This document shows, piece by piece, positions 21,900 to 30,838 of a stretch of DNA of 64,000 nucleotides. Source of the stretch: Candidatus Porisulfidus sp. TsSOB. Its GTDB lineage: Bacteria > Pseudomonadota > Gammaproteobacteria > Poriferisulfidales > Poriferisulfidaceae. The notes below the pieces were generated by a model. The model saw only the letters and a program-made list of their open reading frames with translations. It had not been told where the DNA came from and did not search any database. The position numbers and the translations under genes were made by a program. Location: positions 48,057-112,056 of the forward strand of contig MRSX01000001.1 in the NCBI GenBank assembly GCA_002631715.1. Reading direction: 5' to 3'. The stretch's first letter is position 1; each line of letters begins with the position of its first letter.

Positions 21900-24800
21900 G
21901 CGGCCTCGCGGGTTTCAATGCGGTGCGTCAGGCCGCGGATGGCATGGATCCGATCTTCTAGGGTCGGCATGTCCAGTTCGAAGTGAAGGCGCATTTTGTT
22001 GTCCAGGCGGTAGCGGTGGGACGAGTCCTCGATGATCCGGACGACGGATTCCGGCTCCGGGCCGGGATCGCCGAACGTGATCCGGCCTTCGTGCCGGGTC
22101 AGTTGTATTTTACGGAGAAATTCAAATGTCGTAATCTCCAGCTTCAGGCGGGTGATGGCGAACAGGTTGGCGACTGCCTGCGGCAGCGTTCCAAAACGAT
22201 CCACCATCTCGACCTGCAGGTCGTCGAGTTCCGCTTCGGAAGTCGCACCGGCAATCCGCTTGTAAAGCGTGAGCCGAAGATAGACGTCGGGGAGGTAGTC
22301 ATCCGGAATCAACGCCTGCAGACCCAGGTCGATTTCAGGCCCGTGCTCGAGTGGCTTGTCGATCTCAGGTAGCGCCCCTTTCTTCAGGGTGTCTACCGCG
22401 CGCTGCAGCAGGCGGTGGTATAGCGCGAATCCGATCTGCTGGATCTGGCCACTCTGTTCTTCGCCCAGCAGTTCGCCAGCGCCGCGAATTTCAAGATCTT
22501 GAGTCGCCAGCATGAAGCCGGAACCAAGTTCTTCCATGGCTTCGATGGCTTCGATCCGTTTCTTCGCATCAGGGGTCATGATTTGCAGGGGCGGACAAGT
22601 CAGGTAAGCGTAGGCGAGGTGGTGTGAGCGCCCGACCCGGCCGCGCAGTTGATGCAACTGGGCCAGCCCGAAATGATCCGCGCGATTGATGATGATGGTA
22701 TTGGCGGTCGGGATGTCAATGCCGTTCTCGATGATCGTGGTGCAGACCAGGATGTTGAACCGCTGGCGATAGAAGTCACGCATGACGGCTTCCAGTTCAC
22801 GTTCCCGCATCTGCCCGTGCGCAACTCGCACTTCGGCCTCTGGAACGATTTGCTGCATGGTTTCGGCGGCTTGATCGATCGAAGCAGTTCGGTTGTGCAG
22901 AACATAAATCTGCCCGCCCCGTTTCAGCTCGCGCAGGCAGGCCTCCCGGATCTGCTGTTGGTTCCATTGGGTGACGTAAGTCTTGATCGCATGTCGATGG
23001 GCAGGCGCGGTAGCGATGATCGAGAGGTCTCGAAGACCGGACAGCGACATGTTCAGGGTGCGGGGGATCGGGGTGGCGGTCAGGGTCAGCAGGTTGGTCC
23101 GGGCCCGCAGCGCTTTCAACTTTTCCTTGTGGCGTACGCCGAAGCGTTGCTCTTCATCAATGATGACCAGCCCAAGGTTGTGGAATTTTACGTCGTCCTG
23201 CAGCAGTCGGTGCGTGCCGATGATGATGTCCAGTTTCCCCTCGGCGAGATCAGCCAGAATGCCGGCCTGTTCCCGGGAAGTCCGGAAGCGGGAGATTGCT
23301 TCGATCCGGACAGGCCAATCGGCAAACCGATCGCGAAAAGTCTTGCCGTGCTGTTGGGCAAGCAGGGTGGTCGGGGTCAAGACGGCGACCTGGAAGCCGT
23401 TGAAGGCGGCGACGAAAGCAGCTCGCATCCCGACCTCGGTTTTTCCGAAGCCGACATCGCCGCAGACAATCCGATCCATGGGCGAATCGCTTTCCAGGCC
23501 TTCCAAGACTTCTCGGATGGCTTGCGCTTGGTCTGGGGTTTCGTCGAAAGGGAAGGCCGCTTCGAATTTCGGGTAATCCGACGGGATTTTGAGTGTGCAC
23601 CCGCCCTGCGCATTGCGACGGGCTTGAACCTCCAGCAACTCCGCTGCCGCATCGTAGGCGCGTTTCGCAGCCCTGTGCTTGATTTTCTGCCATTGATCCC
23701 CGCCCAGAGAATGCAGCGGCGCGTCTTCCGGATCCGCTCCGCTGTAGCGGGTAATCCGATGCAACTCCATGATCGGCACGTACAGCCGGTCCGTGTCGGC
23801 GTACTGGATGAGCAGAAACTCCTGCTCGATTCCGTCGATTTCCAGCTTGCGCAACCCTTGGTAGCGGCCGACACCATAGTCTTCATGAACCACTGGACTG
23901 TCGTGCTTGAGGTTGGCAAGCTCGGACAGGATGGCCTTGGGATCTCTTCGGCTCCGCTGGCGGTGTTGCTGGGGGGTGCGGTCCGGGAACAGATGAGACT
24001 CAGGAATAATCGCAATCCCGGCCTCGGGAAGCTCGAAACCCTCTTCAATGTCCGCGACCGCCAGCGCCAGATCCGGTTCCTGCCGAAGGAAGTCTTCCCA
24101 GCCTTCCATGGGCTTGACCTGGATATTCAGGGCTCCCAGGCGCTCCTTCAACTGTTCGCGCCGTCCCGGAGAGTGAGTCGTGAACAGGATTCTCCGTGAA
24201 GAGGAGGAGAGGAATTGGCGCAGGGCACGGGCGGGGGCCTTGTCCTGTGGCCGCACCTTGAGTTCCGGGAGCGCGCGTGAGGAGTAGTTGAAGGTAGTTT
24301 TTTCTGACTGCTTCTCGTGTTCGAAACGGTTGAGATCCAATCGCGGGTAATCTGCCAGGGCTTCCTGAAATTCGGATTCGCTCAGGTACAGCGTTGAAAC
24401 CGGCAAAGGCGGGTGCTCAACGTCGTGAAGCCGACTTTCGCAACGGATCTCGATCTCGCTCAGGGTTTGGGCTGCGGCATCGTCCACGTCTTTCCAGCAC
24501 ACGATGGTGGTTTCAGCGGGCAGGTAATCGAAAAGGCTGGCTGTTCCCTCGAAGAACAGGGGCAGGTAGTATTCAATGCCGACAGGAACGATCGCGTCGC
24601 TGATATCCCGATAGATGGGACTTTGCGACGGGTCAATATCAAATGCCCTGCGAAAATTCTTCCGAAACCGCTCGATGGTCTCTGGATCAAGCGGAAACTC
24701 TCGGGCCGGAAGAATATCCAAATGTTCGATCCGGTCGGTCGAGGTCTGACGTTCGGGATCGAACATGCGGATTGAATCGATGCAGTCGTCGAGGAAATCG

Positions 24801-25366
24801 AGTCGGCATGGAGACTCGGATCCCATTGGAAAGAGGTCAAGCAACGACCCGCGCACGGCGAATTCTCCTGGAGCCACGACTTGGGAGCAGTTCTGGTAAC
24901 CAGCCGAGTCCAGGCGCTGGCGCAACTGTTCAATTTCGATTTTGCCGCCGGTGGAAAGGGTGGTCGTTTGGCGGTGAACATGATCGGGTGGACACAGGCG
25001 TTGCAGCAAAGTGGGGGCGGATGTGATCAGCAGGCTGTTTGCCTTCCGGGTTTGGAGACAGTGGAGTGTCCGCAGGCGCTGAGAGATGATCTCGCTATGC
25101 GGCGAGGTCAAATCATAGGGCAGGGTCTCCCAGTCGGGGAACGACAACAAAAGGTCCGTCTGTGGGCCGAGAAAAAACCGGCATTCGACTTCCAGCGCGA
25201 CCTGAGCGGCGATGTCGGGGGCGACGACCAGAGTGAGGCCAGAGTTCCGGCGGGTGAGTTCGGAAATGGCCAAGGCGCGGGCCGCGCCATACAGTTGCCC
25301 ACAACCTAGGCGAGAGCCGGAAGCGGGAAGTGGAGGGAAATTAAGCACGAGAAGCGGGAAAGACAA
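21896..25366 (-). CDS. mfd: transcription-repair coupling factor Mfd
   Basis: 1156 aa. UvrB-homology N-terminus, RNAP-interaction domain, DEAD/DEAH translocase motifs (GDVGFGKTEVA, DEEQRFGV), TRG motif, C-terminal D7. Confidence 0.95.
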   Translation of the reverse strand: MSFPLLVLNFPPLPASGSRLGCGQLYGAARALAISELTRRNSGLTLVVAPDIAAQVALEVECRFFLGPQTDLLLSFPDWETLPYDLTSPHSEIISQRLRTLHCLQTRKANSLLITSAPTLLQRLCPPDHVHRQTTTLSTGGKIEIEQLRQRLDSAGYQNCSQVVAPGEFAVRGSLLDLFPMGSESPCRLDFLDDCIDSIRMFDPERQTSTDRIEHLDILPAREFPLDPETIERFRKNFRRAFDIDPSQSPIYRDISDAIVPVGIEYYLPLFFEGTASLFDYLPAETTIVCWKDVDDAAAQTLSEIEIRCESRLHDVEHPPLPVSTLYLSESEFQEALADYPRLDLNRFEHEKQSEKTTFNYSSRALPELKVRPQDKAPARALRQFLSSSSRRILFTTHSPGRREQLKERLGALNIQVKPMEGWEDFLRQEPDLALAVADIEEGFELPEAGIAIIPESHLFPDRTPQQHRQRSRRDPKAILSELANLKHDSPVVHEDYGVGRYQGLRKLEIDGIEQEFLLIQYADTDRLYVPIMELHRITRYSGADPEDAPLHSLGGDQWQKIKHRAAKRAYDAAAELLEVQARRNAQGGCTLKIPSDYPKFEAAFPFDETPDQAQAIREVLEGLESDSPMDRIVCGDVGFGKTEVGMRAAFVAAFNGFQVAVLTPTTLLAQQHGKTFRDRFADWPVRIEAISRFRTSREQAGILADLAEGKLDIIIGTHRLLQDDVKFHNLGLVIIDEEQRFGVRHKEKLKALRARTNLLTLTATPIPRTLNMSLSGLRDLSIIATAPAHRHAIKTYVTQWNQQQIREACLRELKRGGQIYVLHNRTASIDQAAETMQQIVPEAEVRVAHGQMRERELEAVMRDFYRQRFNILVCTTIIENGIDIPTANTIIINRADHFGLAQLHQLRGRVGRSHHLAYAYLTCPPLQIMTPDAKKRIEAIEAMEELGSGFMLATQDLEIRGAGELLGEEQSGQIQQIGFALYHRLLQRAVDTLKKGALPEIDKPLEHGPEIDLGLQALIPDDYLPDVYLRLTLYKRIAGATSEAELDDLQVEMVDRFGTLPQAVANLFAITRLKLEITTFEFLRKIQLTRHEGRITFGDPGPEPESVVRIIEDSSHRYRLDNKMRLHFELDMPTLEDRIHAIRGLTHRIETREAA

Positions 25367-25369
25367 AAA

Positions 25370-25396
25370 CGGGGGCCACTAAGGCCCCCGCGTTTT
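25370..25396 (-). terminator. rho-independent (bidirectional) terminator after fccB
   Basis: CGGGGGCC-ACTAA-GGCCCCCG perfect 8-bp GC stem flanked by A-run (25365-69) and T-run (25393-96). Sits only ~5-25 nt upstream of the mfd start. Confidence 0.45.
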
Positions 25397-25425
25397 GAGG
25401 TTTGGCGGGTTCCGCCCTGACGGGG

Positions 25426-26712
25426 TCAGGCGAACATGTCTGCCACGATGTTGTTGTACCAACTGTACGCATACTGAACCTCGCGGGCCAGCATTTCGTC
25501 CGAAGCGTCCGAGGGCGTCAAGCCTCCGGCCACCTTGGCGACCTTGCTCTTGTCCTCCGCCAAGCGGTAAACCGCCGCAACCGAGATGCCGTAATCCGGC
25601 GCAATCAGGCTGTAGCAGGTGTTGACATAGGATGGCGTGCCTGGCTCCTCGTCAGCCAACATGGCGACGACTGCTGCCGCACAGACTTTCCCTTCGGAAT
25701 TGGCCGCGTATCCGGATTTCGGCAACCCGGTGGCGATGCTGGCATCACCGATGACGTGCACGCCTGGCACCAGTTTCGATTCGAAAGTATCGAGATGGAT
25801 CGGGCACCACCCAGAGTCATCGGCCAACCCGGCCGCCAGCGCAATCTGTCCCGCGCTTTGCGGTGGGATGACGTTGATCACCGCACCTTCGTGGGTGTCG
25901 CCGAATTCGGTGGTCACCGTCATGTCGGCGGTATTGACCTCGGCGATGCCCCCGGCAGTGTCGGTGCCGGAGACCCATTCGATCATGCCGTCGTAGCGGC
26001 GCTCCCAGCCCTGCGTGAACAGGCCCATCTTCGAGAACTTGTCCTTGGCGTCCAGCACCAGGATTTTCGAATTCGGCTTGTTCTCCTTGAAGTAATGGGC
26101 GACCTGGCAGACTCGTTCGTAGGGTCCGGGAGGGCAGCGGAACGGGTTGCCGGGTGGGCAAATGATGAATGTGCCGCCGTCGTCCATGGCTTCGAGTTGG
26201 CTGCGTAGCAGCGCCGTTTGCGGGCCGGCCTTCCAGGCGTGGGGCATGGCTTCGGCTGCCGCCATGTCGTAACCTTCGATCGCATCCCACTTCAGGTCGA
26301 TGCCGGGGCTGACGACGAGCCGGTCGTACGGGAAGCTGTCCCCGCCTTCGGTCGTGACGGTGCGCGCATCGGTGTCCACTCCCGTGGCCTTGGAATGCAC
26401 CACTTGGATGCCGTGGTTTGCCAAGCCTTCGTATCCGTGGCGGATGGTCGAGATGTCTCGACCGCCGCCGATGACCTCGTTGCTCATGAAACAGGTGTAG
26501 TAGTGGTCGTTCGCTTCGATCAGGGTGACGTTAATGCTGGGATCCGCCAGCTTGACGTGTTTCGCTGCGACCGCGCCAGCCGCGCCACCGCCAATCACCA
26601 CCACATTCTTGTTACCGCCGAGGGCAAGCTGGGGGAAGCTCATCCCGATCGTGCCTACGGCCGCGATGCCGCCGGTCGCTTTCAGGAAGCCGCGTCTTGT
26701 CAGGGTTGTCAT
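25426..26712 (-). CDS. fccB: flavocytochrome c sulfide dehydrogenase, flavoprotein subunit
   Basis: 428 aa. Tat signal [27 protein letters not shown]-binding [16 protein letters not shown] flavoprotein fold. Downstream of a dihaem cytochrome c gene. Confidence 0.85.
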   Translation of the reverse strand: MTTLTRRGFLKATGGIAAVGTIGMSFPQLALGGNKNVVVIGGGAAGAVAAKHVKLADPSINVTLIEANDHYYTCFMSNEVIGGGRDISTIRHGYEGLANHGIQVVHSKATGVDTDARTVTTEGGDSFPYDRLVVSPGIDLKWDAIEGYDMAAAEAMPHAWKAGPQTALLRSQLEAMDDGGTFIICPPGNPFRCPPGPYERVCQVAHYFKENKPNSKILVLDAKDKFSKMGLFTQGWERRYDGMIEWVSGTDTAGGIAEVNTADMTVTTEFGDTHEGAVINVIPPQSAGQIALAAGLADDSGWCPIHLDTFESKLVPGVHVIGDASIATGLPKSGYAANSEGKVCAAAVVAMLADEEPGTPSYVNTCYSLIAPDYGISVAAVYRLAEDKSKVAKVAGGLTPSDASDEMLAREVQYAYSWYNNIVADMFA

Positions 26713-26731
26713 GATCTTCTCTCCTCCGCGA

Positions 26732-27409
26732 TTACCGCTGGCTGGCGTAGTAGTTGATGAGAGCCGTAAGGCCGCCCTCGCCCTCGGTTTCCATGACTTC
26801 TTTAAGTCGGGATTTCATCTTCTTCGGCATTCCTCGTGCGCCGCCGTGGAAGTCGGCGAGGCTGTATTGCAGGTAATACTTCCATTGCCCTGCAAGCGGA
26901 ACCATGTCGTCGATAGTGGATCGCCCGCCTTCTTCGTGACATTTCTCGCAGTTGTCCGAATGCAGGGCCTCACCCGTGCTCGCAAGTTCTGCGTCGAACT
27001 CTTGGGTCGCCAAAAAGACAGGCTTGTCGGCGAAATAATGGGCCATGGCCTTGATCTCGTCCAAGGTGTAGCCAGAAGCAATCCGATCCATGATCGTGCC
27101 GTGGCGGGCAAAGACTTCCACATCTTCAAGTTCGGGGTCGGATGCGGCTTCTGCTTCGGCTGCGTCCAGATCCTGACCGTGCTTGTAGGAAAGCATGGCG
27201 CCGATGAAGTAAACCGCCGGAAGCCCCGCTAGGGAGGGCGTCGCCGGACCCACGCTTGCGCCGCCAGGGCCGTGGCAAGCCACGCATGCGCCGGTCAGCA
27301 TCTCGATCGATGCCATCGGTGCGTCGCCTCCGTGTTCGTCCGCATGCAAGGCCGGCGGCAGCATAAGGGCGCTGGCTAGAATGGCTAGAGAAATGAATCG
27401 CGAATGCAT
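26732..27409 (-). CDS. fccA: flavocytochrome c sulfide dehydrogenase, dihaem cytochrome c subunit
   Basis: 225 aa. Signal peptide and two CxxCH haem sites ([15 protein letters not shown]). Confidence 0.75.
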   Translation of the reverse strand: MHSRFISLAILASALMLPPALHADEHGGDAPMASIEMLTGACVACHGPGGASVGPATPSLAGLPAVYFIGAMLSYKHGQDLDAAEAEAASDPELEDVEVFARHGTIMDRIASGYTLDEIKAMAHYFADKPVFLATQEFDAELASTGEALHSDNCEKCHEEGGRSTIDDMVPLAGQWKYYLQYSLADFHGGARGMPKKMKSRLKEVMETEGEGGLTALINYYASQR

Positions 27410-27615
27410 TGAATCTCCTCCTGCAAAGGTCTAGGGACACCCCGTTACTGCATTTCGGGCAAGTATCCTAACACAACAACAGGGCCCCCCGAGGCTGGGG
27501 CGAAATTCTTTCTGAGGAGGGCGGTGGCTTTGAATTTCTTTGCCTGGAAAAGGCCCTGAAACCGGGCAAAATCCCGCGCGTATTTGCCTCCGCCGCGTGC
27601 GTCGAGAAGGCTAAA

Positions 27616-28188
27616 TCAGTCCTTCGCCGCGACCGGGCGTCTCGGCATCTTGTGTGCGACGCCCTTGTGGCACTCGATGCAGGTCTTGCCGCGCATCGGG
27701 GCCCGGTGATGCTTCTTGCGCGCGCTGCGATCCTGCTCGTCGAGGTCCATGGCCTCGTAGGTATGGCAGCTTTGGCATTCCCGGGAATCGTTGGCCTTCA
27801 TCCGCTCCCAGACCCGGCTGGCCATGTGCCAGCGGTGCGCCTCGAATTTCTCGGCCGTGTCGATGGTTCCCATCAATTCGCCCCAGACATCACGCGCTGC
27901 GATCAGCTTGGCGCCGAGTTTGGGAATGAGCGACTGCGGTACGTGGCAATCGGCGCAACTGGCGCGAACCCCAGACACATTCTTGAAATGGATGGAGTCC
28001 ATCCACTCTGCCTCGTTCCACTGCATGGAGTGACAGGAAGTGCAGAACTCCGTAGTATTGGTCGCATCCAGTACCATAGAGGCACCCATGGAGCCTGCGA
28101 ACCCGACCGCGACCAGTATGATTGCCGCCGCCGCTGAGACCGTTTTCCACATGCGACTCACTTTACTGGCAACCGCTTTACCTGTCAA
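27616..28188 (-). CDS. NapC/NirT-family membrane-anchored tetrahaem cytochrome c
   Basis: 190 aa. N-terminal TM anchor and four CxxCH motifs (CTSCH, CADCH, CQSCH, CIECH). Confidence 0.8.
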   Translation of the reverse strand: MTGKAVASKVSRMWKTVSAAAAIILVAVGFAGSMGASMVLDATNTTEFCTSCHSMQWNEAEWMDSIHFKNVSGVRASCADCHVPQSLIPKLGAKLIAARDVWGELMGTIDTAEKFEAHRWHMASRVWERMKANDSRECQSCHTYEAMDLDEQDRSARKKHHRAPMRGKTCIECHKGVAHKMPRRPVAAKD

Positions 28189-28202
28189 AACCGGAGAGAG
28201 GC

Positions 28203-28784
28203 ATGCTTGAAGCGCGCGGGCTTGGCTGCCGCCGGGACGGACGATCTCTGTTCGAAAACCTCTCGTTCAAGGTCGAGGCCGGGCAACTGTGGTTGGTGCG
28301 TGGCGCCAACGGCAGCGGCAAGACTTCGCTGCTGAGGATCCTGGCAGGCCTGTCCCCGGCCGAACAGGGAGAGCTGGTCTGGCAAGGGGAGCGTGAGCCG
28401 GTGCTGTGGGTCGGTCATCGGGTGGCGGTCAGTGCCGGCCTGACGGCTCACGAGAACCTGGAGTTCATGGCGGCTCTGGAGGGGGACGAGGCCGGGGCAT
28501 CGGCTGCAGCGCTCGAAGCGGTGGGGCTTGGCGCCTTCTCTGAAACGCGCGCGGGACGCTTGTCGGAGGGGCAGGCCAGGCGCGTTGCGCTGGCCCGGCT
28601 GGCATTCAGTACCCGTCGGCTTTGGTTGCTGGATGAACCCTTGACCTCATTGGACGAGACCTCGGTGAACTGGTTCGAGACCCAAGTGCACCGGCAATTG
28701 GATCGGGGCGGGGCGGTCGTGATGGCGACGCATCGGGAAATTTCGGACTCCCTGCAGGGCTGGACCCTGCAACTCGGCGCATGA
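28203..28784 (+). CDS. ccmA: cytochrome c biogenesis ATP-binding export protein CcmA
   Basis: Start taken at MLEARGL (track ORF 28122 is an upstream extension). Walker A GANGSGKTSLL, LSEGQARRVALA. Confidence 0.85.
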   Translation: MLEARGLGCRRDGRSLFENLSFKVEAGQLWLVRGANGSGKTSLLRILAGLSPAEQGELVWQGEREPVLWVGHRVAVSAGLTAHENLEFMAALEGDEAGASAAALEAVGLGAFSETRAGRLSEGQARRVALARLAFSTRRLWLLDEPLTSLDETSVNWFETQVHRQLDRGGAVVMATHREISDSLQGWTLQLGA

Positions 28785-29452
28785 TGGGGCGGGCGTTTGC
28801 TGCCGTTTTCCGGCGTGAGCTCCGACTGGCATGGCGGCGACGGGGCCAGTTGCTGCAGCCACTCGTGTTTTATGCCCTGGTGATGCTGCTGTTTCCGCTT
28901 GGGGCGGGGGCGGATCTGGCGCTGTTGGGGCAGGTTGCGCCGTCCTTGCTTTGGGTTGCCGCCCTGCTGGCGGTCCTGTTGGCCCAGGGAACGCTTTTTT
29001 CGGCCGACCTCGAGGAAGGCGGCATCGAGTTATGGGTGACCAGTGGGGTATCATTGGGCTGGCTGGCTCTGGCGAAACTGATCGCGCATGCGATGATCGT
29101 TTCGTTGCCGCTCATCCTGGTCGGTCCGGTGTTGGCCGGATGGCTGGGCCTCCGCGGCGAGGCGCTTTGGGTGCTGGCCGTCTCGATGGCTCTGGGCATG
29201 CCCGTGCTGTGCTGGATCGGCGCGCTGGGTGCGGCGCTAACCCTGGGCCTGCCGCGCGGCGGGATCTTGCTGGCGCTGATCGTGCTGCCGCTTTACATTC
29301 CGGTGCTGATGTTCGGCGCCGGAGCCGTACACGCGGCAGTGGACGGGCGGCCTGCCGACGGAGCCTTGCTGCTGCTGGCGGGGTTGCTGTTCCTGGGTGT
29401 GAGCCTGGCTCCGATCGCAACCGCGGCCGCATTGCGTGTCAGTCAGGAATAA
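28781..29452 (+). CDS. ccmB: haem exporter protein CcmB
   Basis: 223 aa, 6 TM helices, overlaps ccmA stop. Confidence 0.85.
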   Translation: MMGRAFAAVFRRELRLAWRRRGQLLQPLVFYALVMLLFPLGAGADLALLGQVAPSLLWVAALLAVLLAQGTLFSADLEEGGIELWVTSGVSLGWLALAKLIAHAMIVSLPLILVGPVLAGWLGLRGEALWVLAVSMALGMPVLCWIGALGAALTLGLPRGGILLALIVLPLYIPVLMFGAGAVHAAVDGRPADGALLLLAGLLFLGVSLAPIATAAALRVSQE

Positions 29453-30194
29453 CATTATGTTTCATAGATTTACAGCACTTTCTTCACCCCGGCACTTCTA
29501 TGCGATTGCCAGTGCTTGGTTGCCATGGCTTTCTGTGCTGACCGCGCTCGGTTTTGCCGTGGGTCTGTATTGGGGGTTGGTCGTCGCGCCGCCCGACTAC
29601 CAGCAAGGTGAGGCATACCGCATCATCTACGTTCATGTCCCGTCGGCCTGGCTGTCGCTGATGGTTTACACAGTGATGGCGGGGGCCGGTCTGGTGGCCT
29701 TGGTCTGGCATGTGAAACTGGCCGAGATTGCGGTCTATGAGTGCGCAGTGCTTGGCGCCTGGTTCACGGCGCTGGCACTCGGTACCGGCATGCTGTGGGG
29801 CAAGCCGATGTGGGGCACTTGGTGGCAGTGGGGGGATGCCCGCATGCTGTCGGAGTTGATCCTGCTGTTCCTCTACATCGGCGTGCTGGGCCTGCACAAC
29901 GCTTTTGCGGACTCCCGCAAGGGCGCACGGGTGGCAGCCGTGCTTGCCTTGGCCGGAATTGTCAACATCCCGATCATCCATTACTCCGTGGAGTGGTGGA
30001 ACACCTTGCACCAAGGGGCGACAGTAACCCGCTTCGACAAGCCGGCGGCACATTCCAGCATGCTTTGGCCGCTGTTGTTCATGGGCACGATGTTCATCCT
30101 TTATTTCTCGACGGTTCTACTTGCGCGTATCCGGGTGCGCATCCTGGAGCAGGAGGCGGACCGGCAGTGGGCCGAGGAGGTGCGGCGTGGCTGA
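29436..30194 (+). CDS. ccmC: haem exporter protein CcmC
   Basis: 252 aa. Trp-rich WWD motif GKPMWGTWWQWGDARM. Confidence 0.9.
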   Translation: MSVRNNIMFHRFTALSSPRHFYAIASAWLPWLSVLTALGFAVGLYWGLVVAPPDYQQGEAYRIIYVHVPSAWLSLMVYTVMAGAGLVALVWHVKLAEIAVYECAVLGAWFTALALGTGMLWGKPMWGTWWQWGDARMLSELILLFLYIGVLGLHNAFADSRKGARVAAVLALAGIVNIPIIHYSVEWWNTLHQGATVTRFDKPAAHSSMLWPLLFMGTMFILYFSTVLLARIRVRILEQEADRQWAEEVRRG

Positions 30195-30204
30195 ATTCCT
30201 GGCA

Positions 30205-30339
30205 ATGGGCGGCTATGCGTTCTTCGTGTGGGGCGCCTACGGACTGGTGGCGGTTGTGCTGATCGGCAATGCCGCTGTACCGTGGTGGCGGCACCGGCGG
30301 CTCAGGAACAAGGGCAGCGGGCAAGGGAAAGCCCACTGA
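30205..30339 (+). CDS. ccmD: haem exporter protein CcmD (small)
   Basis: MGGYAFFVWGAYGLVAVVLIGN matches the CcmD consensus. Start uncertain (track ORF begins at 30121). Confidence 0.6.
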   Translation: MGGYAFFVWGAYGLVAVVLIGNAAVPWWRHRRLRNKGSGQGKAH

Positions 30340-30388
30340 ACGACGGCATCCAGCCCCCCGGAACCACAACCTTCGTTAAAATGGCGCC

Positions 30389-30838
30389 ATGAATGCCCGC
30401 CAGAAACGCCGTCTTGGCTTGGCCGTGGCCGTTTCCGTCGGGGTCGCCGCCGGAGTGGCGCTGATGCTGTACGCCTTCCAGCAGAACCTGCTGTATTTCT
30501 ATAGCCCTTCGCAGGTCGCCGCCGGCTTGGTGGAACCGCAGACGACATTCCGCCTCGGAGGCCTGGTGGCCCAAGGCAGCGTGCAGCATGAGACCGGTTC
30601 GATGGAGGTTCGCTTCGCGTTGACCGACGGGGCGCATAGCCTGCCGGTGCACTACAGTGGCCTGCTGCCGGATCTGTTTCGCGAAGGGCAGGGCATCGTC
30701 ACCCTGGGTCGGCTGAACGAAGCCGGGGTGTTTGTGGCTCAAGAGGTGTTGGCCAAGCACGATGAGAACTATATGCCGCCGGAAGTGGCGGAGGCTTTGA
30801 CCGAAGCGGGGCAGGCCCCGGTCGGGATCTCCTGGTGA
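30389..30838 (+). CDS. ccmE: cytochrome c-type biogenesis haem chaperone CcmE
   Basis: 149 aa. Signal anchor, LAKHDENYMPPEV haem-binding region. Confidence 0.9.
   Translation: MNARQKRRLGLAVAVSVGVAAGVALMLYAFQQNLLYFYSPSQVAAGLVEPQTTFRLGGLVAQGSVQHETGSMEVRFALTDGAHSLPVHYSGLLPDLFREGQGIVTLGRLNEAGVFVAQEVLAKHDENYMPPEVAEALTEAGQAPVGISW

Noticed and set aside
22649-24199. 516-aa plus-strand ORF, and others 22983..23576 and 23377..24048.
   Set aside because: Antisense and off-frame shadows inside mfd.
28122-28202. N-terminal extensions of ccmA here, and of ccmG (32610-32786), lolD (36109-36168), ribD (45667-46308), sdhD (56077-56208), metX (59741-59842) and mobA (63586-63969), suggested by the longest-ORF track.
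   Set aside because: The extensions overlap the preceding genes and lack homology. Conserved N-termini and operon overlaps (ATGA/GTGA) place the real starts downstream.
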